In this document: in pieces, positions 1 to 12,150 of the stretch
Layout: each line of letters begins with the position of its first letter
Numbering within the stretch: the first letter of the stretch is position 1
Origin: Macrostomum lignano
Lineage: Eukaryota
DNA length: 36,544 nt
Assembly (NCBI GenBank): GCA_002269645.1
Contig: NIVC01003310.1
Coordinates: 1 to 36,544 of the forward strand
Direction of reading: 5' to 3'
Program-made: the position numbers and the translations under genes
The notes under the pieces: model-generated
What the model was told of the DNA's origin: nothing
Database searches by the model: none
What the model saw: only the letters and a program-made list of their open reading frames with translations

Positions 1-742
1 TCTGAAGGACTGACGAGTATCGGCGCCAAATCTGAAGGACTGAGGGTATCGGCGCCAAATCTGAGGGACTGAGGGCGCCAAATCTGAAGAACTGAGGGCA
101 TCGACGCCACATCTGAGGGCATCGGTGCCAAATCTGAAGAACTGAGGGCATCGACGCCACATCTGAGGGCATCGGTGCCTAATCTGAAGGACTGAGGGTA
201 TCGGCGCCAAATCTGAGGGACTGAGGGCGCCAAATCTGAAGAACTGAGGGCATCGACGCCACATCTGAGGCATCAGTGCCAAATCTGAAGAACTGAGGGC
301 ATCGGCGCCACATCTGAGGGCATCGGTGCCAAATCTGAAGAACTGAGGGCATCGGCGCCACATCTGAGGGCATCGGTGACAAATCTGAAGAACTGAGGGC
401 ATCGGCGCCACATCTGAGGGCATCGGTGACAAATCTGAAGAACTGAGGGTATCGACGCCACATCTGAGGGCATCGGTGCAAATCTGAAGAACTGAGGGTA
501 TCCACGCCAAAATTTGAAGGACTGAGGGCATCGGCGCCAAATCTGAAGGGACTGAGGGCATCGGCGCCAAATCTGAAGGACTGAGGGCATCGGCGCCAAA
601 TCTGAAGGACTGAGGGCATCGGCGCCAAATCTGAAGGACTGAGGGCATCGGCGCCAAATCTGAAGGACTGAGGGCATCGGTGCCAAATCTGAAGGACTGA
701 GGGCATCGGCGCCAAATCTGAAGAACTGAGGGCATCGGCGCC
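1..742. repeat. GC-rich minisatellite: 29-bp unit plus a 21-bp deletion variant forming a 50-bp higher-order repeat
   Basis: Unit AAATCTGAAGGACTGAGGGCATCGGCGCC is repeated near-perfectly at 541-742. At 281-480 the 29-mer alternates with ACATCTGAGGGCATCGGTGCC (the same unit minus 8 nt), giving an exact 50-bp period (281, 331, 381, 431). The array runs off the left edge. Confidence 0.97.
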
Positions 743-790
743 CTATTCATTAATGCCCACATTAATCTCAAGCCTGTCTCCCAACTGCAG

Positions 791-1179
791 GCGTAGACGG
801 CCAGGCGGGCACCAGCGGAACAAACTCCCAGCCAGAATCGATGTACAGAGGCTTCGGTGGCTCGAACGGCCAGCCGGGATTCACGAAAACGAACGCAGGG
901 CCCTCCGAAAAGCAGCACGGCGGCTCCGGAGCTGGCTGGCTGGGCAGGCCCAACATGACGCGGCGCAGCACCAATGACGGAGCTCGTGGCAGCGGCCTCG
1001 CGAACAACTGGGTCGGCGGCGAGGCCGGGTCCGGCCACGACTACAAAGGCGGCTTCGGTGGAGGCGGCGGCGGCTCCTACTGCGGCGGCAGCGACTGCGA
1101 TGGCATAAACGGAGGCAACACCAAAACAGGCGTCAATGACGGGTCGGTGAAGATTTCGCTGCTGCATGTTTTGTGCTAG
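791..1179 (+). CDS. Terminal exon of an ALK/LTK glycine-rich-domain (GRD)-like protein; upstream exons lie outside the window
   Basis: Acceptor cctgtctcccaactgcAG ends at 790, with an in-frame stop upstream at 727. Frame reads (G)VDGQAGTSGTN...GGSNGQPG...GGSGAGW...GSGLANNWVGG...GGFGGGGGG...NDGSVKIS..stop. The motif order matches my recollection of the ALK GRD (GGGGGW..KSLQEGATGG..GGFGGGGG..GEVNI). Not verified by search. Confidence 0.65.
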
Positions 1180-1277
1180 CGGAGCGAATTTTGACTGGAG
1201 ACAAATTTATAAAAGAAGTTTTAAAACTAAAATTTCTGTCTACATTGAGAACCCAGCGCATGACTGCGCGCCAGAGG

Positions 1278-1935
1278 AGGGGAGAGAGGAGAGAGAATAG
1301 ATAAGAGAAATAGGAGAAAGGAGAGGCGAGGGAATAAAGGAATGGAGATGACGAGAGATCAAATAGGAAAGGAGAGAGGGGAGGAAGAGAAGAGAAGGAT
1401 AGGAGAGAGGATGGAAGGGAGAGGAGAAGGGAGAGGAGAGGAGAGGAGAGGAGAGGAGAGTAGAGGAGAGTAGAGGAGAATAGAGGAGAGTAGAGGAGAA
1501 TAGAGGAGAGTAGAGGAGAGTAGAGGAGAGTAGAGGAGAGTAGAGGAGAGTAGAGGAGAGTAGAGGAGAGTAGAGGAGAGTAGAGGAGAGTAGAGGAGAG
1601 TAGAGGAGAGTAGAGGAGAGTAGAGGAGAGTAGAGGAGAGTAGAGGAGAGTAGAGGAGAGTAGAGGAGAGTAGAGGAGAGTAGAGGAGAGTAGAGGAGAG
1701 TAGAGGAGAGTAGAGGAGAGTAGAGGAGAGTAGAGGAGAGTAGAGGAGATTAGAGGAGAGTAGAGGAGAGTAGAGGAGAGTAGAGGAGAGTAGAGGAGAG
1801 TAGAGGAGAGTAGAGGAGAGTAGAGGAGAGGAGAGGAGAGGAGAGGAGAGGAGAGGAGAGGAGAGGAAAAGGGAGAGGAGAGGAGAGGAGAGGAGAAGAG
1901 AAAGGTGAGAGAAGAGAGCTAAGAAGAGACACAAA
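1278..1935. repeat. Purine-rich simple repeat with a core of (TAGAGGAGAG)n, about 37 units, flanked by (GGAGA)n
   Basis: Near-perfect 10-bp period over 1461-1830, with degenerate GA-rich flanks. Confidence 0.97.
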
Positions 1936-1974
1936 CTTTGAGCGAGACGGATTACTATTTTAAAGTTTCAAAGG

Positions 1975-2044
1975 ACCCGAGGGCCGGACGGATAGAGGCT
2001 TTGCAGGCCGCATGTAGCCGCGGGTTGGAGTTGGCCGACCCCTG
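1975..2044 (-). mobile_element. Single terminus of a hAT (Buster/Charlie-type) DNA transposon
   Basis: The minus strand reads CAGGGGTCGGCCAACTCCAACCCGCGGCTACATGCGGCCTGC, resembling Buster/Charlie ends (CAGGGG..GGCCAAC..GCGGGCCRCATGCGGCC). The flank CATTATAG has the central TA typical of Buster 8-bp target sites. The partner end was not found. Confidence 0.55.
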
Positions 2045-2329
2045 CATTATAGCCAGCATAACCGTAGAGCAACAGTCTCCATGACAGTCTTGATAAAATG
2101 CGATTATTTTTGTCAGCTCTAATAAAATTCCTGCGATTTTGTAGCAGCTAGATTCAATAGCTGACAGTCGTTCAAGTGGGAAGAGGGTGAACGCATCTCG
2201 CTTTATCTGAAGCCCCTTATCCTTTTATCCGACTAATTCTTTTTCAATAAAGATGAAATAATATACAGATTTCTAGCAGTTACTCAGCTTTAAAACCATT
2301 CTGCGTGTTCAACCCCTAATAATGCATTA

Positions 2330-4862
<2,533 letters not shown>

Positions 4863-5714
4863 GTTGTATTAGCATTGTTGAATGCTCTAAAAATCGTTAT
4901 TTTATAAATTAGGAACATAAAAAACTGCCAGGTTTTTAAAGTACACTTTCATGCGTTTTTTATCATGCTATGAACTGTGACTCCAGTCTCATGGATGCTG
5001 TTGAAGCTGCTTACACTCAGAATAAGCCAAGCGTAAATGGAAATTAATTAATCAGGCACTCATTCACGCCCTTACTTTGAACCCAGAATTCTCCCGCGAT
5101 CTCTGCGTGAAACAACGAAAATATCTCAACTCGCAACCTCATGTGTTGCTTTTTAAGGCAGATTGATGATTTTTTTTCTTTTGAGTTTACCTAGAAAACA
5201 AAATGCTGAAGGCAAATTTATTGTGATAGAAATTTCTGTCTATCTGTCTGATCGTGTGCCTCTCGGAGGCTCCCCGAAGGCTCGCTCATTTTTATATCCG
5301 AGGTTCCTTCTCGCCCACTTCCATCATCGTCTGGTTCGCTTTGTCACGCAAAAATCTTTCTTTTTCTGCATCAATTTTATTTCATTTTACTGCTCTTTAG
5401 GGCCCAGCTTTCTCAAAGCGGAGAAGAATTTCATGCTCAATTGAGTTTTAATGGACCCCACTTTTAAGCGACTTCCTGAGTCAGCTGGACTCCTTCCTGT
5501 GTCCAGCCCTCGAGACGCTGTGGAACCTTTTGCTTGATAATTTGAGTCTGAGCAGAGCTTCAGGGTTGTCCTAGTGATCACACAAAGCCTAGCGCTTATA
5601 CGTGCGCATAAACAAATATCCCAATATTCACATGGTACTCATTATTCAAGCTGATTAAAGTCGCGCGAAAAACACCCCCCCCTGCTCGACGACAGACTGG
5701 AAAGGAAGATGTGG

Positions 5715-5716
<2 letters not shown>

Positions 5717-5768
<52 letters not shown>

Positions 5769-5772
5769 AGAG
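5717..5772. repeat. (GA)n microsatellite
   Basis: Uninterrupted GA run at 5717-5764 with a short degenerate tail. Confidence 0.97.
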
Positions 5773-6102
5773 ACGGCAAAGTTAATTTCAAGATTTCTAA
5801 TCGTCTTTCCGTCCCAGCTGCATCTCCCTCGGTGGGTCTTCAGCTGCTGAGCTGCGACCTACTCGCGGGAATGTGTATATATTTTTCCTCGGCTGAGTTT
5901 CCTCCTGCACTCAGCGCAGCTCTCACTGTTTGCTCCCCAATGCAGACAGCCCAATTTTCATCTGAACTCGAGCCGGCGTTCGTTCCTGTAATTTGCGGTC
6001 TGCATGCATAACTCACCCACATTGCAGTGGGACGATACAAAACTTCAGTTGAAGTTAAGATATAAAAAAAAAATTTGCACAAAAGTCAGACTTGAACTGG
6101 CA

Positions 6103-6454
6103 GGGGCCTATTTCATAAAGCACTTGTTGGACAAATTACAAGTGACAAGTGACAATTCCAAAAAATAATGCGTTTCATAAAAAACAACTACAACTTGACA
6201 AATCGACAAGTTACAAGTGACAAGTGACAAGCGAAATTTGACACATTTGACATAACTCTAAAGATATTGGTCTGTGGTCAAAAGGCTCGATCGATTTTAT
6301 AAGGTGGTTCAACCATTGACACACAAGTGAGTTATTTTTTTAACACTAGTAACGCGTGATGTTTATGAAACCAAAATCGTTGACGCTTGACACTTGTCAC
6401 TTGTCATTTGTCGACTTGTCACTTGTCACTTGTAGTTTTTTTATGAAATCGGCC
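6103..6454. mobile_element. MITE-like element with terminal and subterminal inverted repeats
   Basis: Left GGCCTATTTCATAAA (6105-6119) versus the reverse complement of the right end GGCCGATTTCATAAA (6440-6454), 14/15 match. ACAAGTG tandem motifs lie on the left and CACTTGT on the right. A possible 3-bp TSD GCA sits at 6100-6102 and 6455-6457. Superfamily uncertain (PIF/Harbinger-like ends). Confidence 0.8.
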
Positions 6455-7997
6455 GCAAACAAACAGACTTGTCTAAAAATGGAAACCCTGACGAATTGCA
6501 GCCAGTTCCCCACAGCCGGGTGATGAGCATTTGCAATAATTATAAGCCACTAATCCTGTCAGAGCAGCTTATCTGTCTGCACTTAAACGCGTGGGCGTTA
6601 ATGGATCTTGGCTTCGAGTTAATTCCTGATAAATTAGGCTGTTTAGGTTGTGATGGTTATGACGTTCTGAAGCTGAGCAATTTAATCCAATCAATTGATT
6701 GAGCTAGACAAGGCGAACGCTTTGATTGATTTGACTGCTTTCAATAGCCCGATTTCATTTAAAGGATTGCTCTTTTGTTGCTTTTAATATTCGCGAACTG
6801 AAGCTTGGGCAGAAATGAGTTCGTCTGTTCGGCTTTGATCAATTGAAGACAGCAAAATGGGATGTCTTCAATTCCTTTAGCATTTGAGGGGCTTTTTAGT
6901 CCCGTGTACTTGAGCACGAGGTTCGTGTCCAAAGACTAATTTCCTCTGCTTTTCTCTTTACTTTGGCTCTCCCTTCCCGCTTTCTTCTCTTCTGCGCTTC
7001 CGAGTTGGGAGGCACCTGCCAATCCCCAGACTGGGACTGACAACCGGGGGGCTTCGCCAAAGCGGCTCATCCATGCTCTCAGTCTGCCTGCCCGTCCTGC
7101 CCTCTGCACCCCCTACTGTCTATTCCTCAATTGTCCCTCCACTCCCCTTTCCCCTTTTCCCTAGATCGTTCTCTTCTATTTCCACCTGCCATCTCGGGGC
7201 TCTGGAGCTCACTTTGCTTCCTCTCTAGAAAAACTCAAATATCCTGGATTAGAATTGCACTATTGTTCTGGTCGATATGAACAAATCTGTTCACTCTTTA
7301 TAAGTTATTAAAAAACCAACTAGAAAAGCGAAGATGCAATTCAAATTAGTCAATTCCGATCAGTGACGTACGCAAAGGGGAGTTTGGACACAAAACTGCC
7401 CTGAAGACAGGGCTGGGGCAACAAACCCCGAGACGGAGCGCGCCGCGACCAAGTCTCACTTGCCACAATTTGCGAAAATCGACGAAAATAACCACTTATT
7501 CATATGAGCGCATTGATTTTTGCATGCATAAAATAACCACTTGTATATCCCGTCAACCGAGTCCTGTTGATTCCCTGTGTTGTCTGCTCCCCTGCCCTTG
7601 AGTCTACTAATAACCCCCTCTTCTGTCTGCCAGTTCGCCCAATGAGACTTTAGCTAGGGTAGAGAAGGCATCAAAGCGCTACTGCTCTTCTTTCTCTCGT
7701 CGCCTCTCCGCCTCCTTGACACTGCACTCCTCATATCAGGCTTTTTCATTGCCGAGCCTCCAGCTCCACAAAGCGTTGGCAGATTTTTCCCTCTCTGTTC
7801 TCACAGAAGTCGTCAGAATCTTTTATTCCTGTCACTGCATCAGGAGTTTTTAAGCCCAATTTCGCGCGTGTCAGTTCGCTGCTGAACTTTTCAACGACTT
7901 TACTTCAAACAGGTTGAGAGCTCTGCAACCATCGCCAAAAAGTCTTAAGCAGCTTCTTCTAAAAGCAACAGAATAAAAGAGTAATTTCAACCAAAAC

Positions 7998-8845
7998 ATG
8001 TTCCGAAACGGAGGCGGTGGAAGCGGCGGTATTGGCGGTGGCGGCAGCGCCGGTGGGCTGGCCGGCAGCGGCGGCATCGGCGGCAGCGGGGGCGGCAGCT
8101 CCAACGGTCACTCAGTTCAGACAAAAGACTCAAAGACCAAGGACCGCACAATCGCTGGCGCCTTTTCAAATCATAACGCGGCGGAAAAGACCGGACCAGA
8201 GGTGCAGGACATCCGCATTGTTGTCCTTGGAGCAAGCAAAGTTGGTAAGACCTGCCTGGTGCAACAGTTCGTCCAATGCAGTTGCCCGGAGGTCTACACC
8301 CCAACTCGCAAGCCAACAATCTACCACCCGTCGATCACTGTCAATGAGCACTGCTACGACGCTCGCATTGTCGACTGTCCCACCCTGCGCTACTTTCCAA
8401 CCGACTCGCTGCAAGAATTCTCCGACTTTCGCGGCTTCGGCTTGCGTTCAGCATCCGGCTACGTCCTGGTCTACGACATCAGCGACGAATCTTCGTTTGC
8501 CTACATCCGGCGTATTCGCGAGAGCATCCAGGAGCAGGGCATCGACGCGCCAATACTGGTGGCAGCGAACAAAGCCGACCTGGTTAGCAACGGCAAATCA
8601 GAGAAAGAGAACAGCAACAAGGACGCGTCGAAAGACAAGGGCAAGGAGGCGCGCCGAGAGACAAGCAACATAGTGCGCAAGCAGTGGAAGTGCATGTTTG
8701 TAGAGTGCTCTGCCAAGTACAACTGGCACGTAGGCAGCGCATTCCGCGAACTACTGAAGGCAATCGATCACAAGGACTTTGGACATAAGCCACCTCGGCC
8801 CGAGTGCAGGAGGCGCTGCGACGGAACCAGTGCTGTGTCATGTGA
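7998..8845 (+). CDS. RASL10: RASL10-like small GTPase, intronless, with a 1-bp frameshift at about 8790 just before the CAAX tail
   Basis: G1 GASKVGKT, atypical G3 DCPT, FPTDSLQEF (RASL10B FPVNTLQEW), G4 NKAD, and RKQWKCMFVECSAKYNWH (RASL10B RKTWKCGYVECSAKYNWH). A second frame at 8792-8845 reads TSARVQEALRRNQCCVM* (RASL10B QGALRRNRCAIM). Gly-rich N-terminal extension. RASL10B sequence quoted from memory. Confidence 0.9.
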
Positions 8846-11632
8846 TACACAGGCTGGCTTACACTCGATAGCTACTCTGGAAAAATGTTCCGATGCACGT
8901 GTTTTCCCATCTGCAATAGTGGCACTTCACCGGTGCACAAAATCTGGATTGTTTCAGCCCGGAGAGCATCGAGATCATCGACGCCGTCCAATTTCTGTTT
9001 CTCATTCAATCAACTAGAGCACTTCTTCTTCGGAGGTCTGAGAGGATCAGGCGCGTTCAGCACTCATCGCTATTTATCGTTGTCAAGTGCCTTGCTCCTC
9101 ATACAGCTAGTGTTTGTTCGCTTCTCCTATTTGTAAGCTTTCAGTGGTCAGCGTTACATTCGATTGAATTTCTGTGATTTTACCATTCTAGAATTTGATA
9201 AAACTTGCGGCTTGTGGAAGTAATTCTGCAAATTATGAAGCTTAACATGTAGTGTTCCGCATGTCAATTCCTAGTCAGTTTGTGTCTCTGTCAGTTCATC
9301 TTTTCCTGTTTTTCTCCTCGTCCTTTATGGCTCTTTTCAAGCAAAAAATCAATTACTATATGTCACACTTTCTATGCCCCAAGCATATGTCAAACTGTCA
9401 TCATTGCATCAAAATCTGCACAGAGCACCGTCTACCGCCAAGCCCCCCCCGCTGTTAAAACCTGCAGCCTTCCCATCCCGTTGTGTCAGCTCGCATTTAC
9501 TATACAGAATTAACGTTTAAGTCAATTGTAATTAATGTTACAAACTTAATCGGAACTTCATCGACAGTTTCAAAGTAAAAAGCATTCATCGAAAGAAGAG
9601 TATTTTCTATTTCTATAAATTACGGCGTATTTTCTAATTTGTTTCAGTTGTTTTTCATTTCTTCACAGAATTTTGTAGAATTTCAAGAATTTGCGGTTTT
9701 ATTAATCAAATCAACTTATCGTTAATGGCTCTCAGGCGTTAACCCTATATGATAGTATAATAAGCAGTGAAAATGTAATGCATAACAGTAATAATATTCA
9801 ATTTGAAGAAGAGCTGTGGCACCCTGGAGTAACGACTTCATTGAAATCGTCCCACAACCAATTCTACGCGGGCGCACACTCACACAGGACCATTGATTTC
9901 GAGGTGGAAACTTTAACATGTTGCTGAGTGTGACAACTGATCATCGCCTTGCACTATTAATCAGCATTAGCTTCCACAAGCCCTTGAATATACTTATAGG
10001 CGGACTGATACGTCTTGTACAATAATTTAGGCCGGTAGCTCTGGCCCAACCCAAGTTGGTTCAGTTTATTCTCTTATATTCGCTCTATTAGCGACTGGAA
10101 CGAGGAATAGGTAGATAGGGATAAAGGAGAGGGAGAGATGGAGAGATTAAGTGAAGCGAGCCTCGAGACAAGGATGTCGTAGCGTGCTGCGTTGTCCACT
10201 CTAGCGTTATGAGTGACGTCTCTTCTCTCCCTCCCTCGCCCTCTCCCTCTTTCTTTCATGGCTGAATGAATGTCCTCGCTCCGGCTTAAATACCTACACT
10301 TCACCAACTGCCGCGGTCGCATTGGAGTGGATGTCTGAGTGAGCTCAGCTGCCTTCAACAGCTCCGCCTGGAGATGGGGAGAAAAGAAAAAGAAGAAAAA
10401 ACACAAGGGAGTAGCGGCGGTGACGGCAGCAGCGGCTGCTTCTGAAAGGACGGGCAAATAACATGCATAAGCAAAGCATGCGTGAGATTTAAGATCGAGC
10501 ATAGAAGGGGGGAAGGAGAAAGTAGAAGAATCTCCGCTTCACCAAACCCTCTCACCCACGACTGACTCGATCTGTCCTCATATGCGTCCTTTCTCTCTTC
10601 CTCTTTCCCGAAGGTTGCAATAAGCAATGGGGGGAGGTCAGGCCCAACAGAAGGAAACGCGCGCCAGGGCGACAGAAGCCCTTCGCGCTGCTGAGGTTTT
10701 CAGACTTGGTCCCCCCCCCAATCCCACACACCCTAGCTCTCATGGCTACCGGTCCCGCCGGACTCTCTCCCAGCCTGGGCGGAAAGTCCCCCGAGAGATA
10801 AGGAGATTACGGGGGGTTGCCGCCGCTCCGGGACCAGCCTCGCCCCGTGCTCCTCCAGCCCAACCCGCCCCCTCGCACACTCTCGCCACGGCCAAGCCCA
10901 GCCTGCTAGTCAGTAAATTACCGCGGTCATGATTGACTTCCGTTCCGAGGCGAATAGGCCGGGCCGCCCGGAATGGCGGGGCGGAGGGTGGAAAGGGGAC
11001 CAACGAGAAAGTCAGCAAGAGAGGGGGAACGTTGCGGGCGACAGTAGATTCAGGAAGTGGTCTCTGGTCTGAGAAAGGCGAGAAAATGGTGAAAACCTGG
11101 AGTTTAATCAGGGATTCAAAGCGCTAACTCGGATTTGGATGACCCATAACTGTCAGGATTCTAGACTAGGTAGGCTTCCTAAGCAGTGAGAAATACGCCT
11201 TAAAGGACGACAGGACAGGAATTATTTATCAAAGCCTCACACCTTGTTTTATATCTGAGCATTAACAACACCTGTTGCATCAAGGATGTTGACTGCAGTT
11301 AGTCCGCTGACCTTTAATACAATTTCATTACTTGCCCACCTCTCCTCCTCGGATTGCAATATCCGCCAAGCTGGCAAGTCATTTCCTACACAGGCGACTC
11401 AGATAGGCAAAGGCTTCCGGAGTCTCTGTAACCTCCCCTCAGTGATGAGATTTCACAGAGACAGGAAGCTAGGGAAACTAACTATTTTATTCTTTGACGC
11501 GTCACATACATCCTAGCATTAAGTCCTGTATATATAGATAAGGATTAAATCTCTACATCGCTTCCTATCATGATCCAGTGGCCATCTTGTTCTTTTTGCA
11601 ATTTTCGTATTTCCACATTTAGCCCTGCTATA

Positions 11633-12150
11633 CTGTCTTTACTTGTCGTGTCTTTACTCGCTCTCTACCTGTCCTGTCTTTAACATCCATGTCTCTAACA
11701 TTCTTGTCTTTACCCGTCCTTGTCTCTACTTGTCGTGTCTTTACCCTCTATCTGTCCTGTTTCTTCCTGTCTTTACCTGTCCTGTCTCTACTTATCGTGT
11801 CTTTAGCCTCAACCCACCCTGTCTCTAACCCACTCTCTAATCTGACTGTCTCAACCCACTCTGTTCTAACCCACTCTGTCTCTAACCCACTCTGTCTCTA
11901 ACCCACTCTGTCTCTAACCCACTCTGTCTCTAAACCACCCTGTCTCTAACCTGCCCTGTCTCTAACCCATTATGTCTCTAACCCACTCTGTCTCTAACCC
12001 ACTCTGTCTCTAACCCACTCTGTTTCTAACCCACTCTGTCTCTAACCCACTCTGTCTCTAACCCACTCTGTCTCTAACCCACTCTGTCTCTAAACCACCC
12101 TGTCTCTAACCTGCTCTGTCTCTAAACTTCCATCATGTCTCCACCCGTCC
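11633..12150. repeat. Minisatellite: degenerate ~15-bp TGTCTTTACCTGTCC units grading into a 16-bp TCTAACCCACTCTGTC array
   Basis: Clear 16-bp period at about 11866-12125; related, more degenerate units at 11633-11815. Confidence 0.93.

Noticed and set aside
5467-5574. Short protein-like frame SDFLSQLDSFLCPALETLWNLLLDNLSL after a possible TTTTAAG acceptor
   Set aside because: It is only 35 codons, with no recognisable homology and no linked exons.
7871-8850. Overlapping and antisense ORFs over RASL10
   Set aside because: These are shadow frames of a GC-rich coding sequence with no recognisable motifs.
8846-9017. C-terminal extension of the 339-aa ORF as a real RASL10 tail
   Set aside because: The conserved CAAX terminus is in the other frame and stops at 8845, so the extension is most likely 3' UTR.
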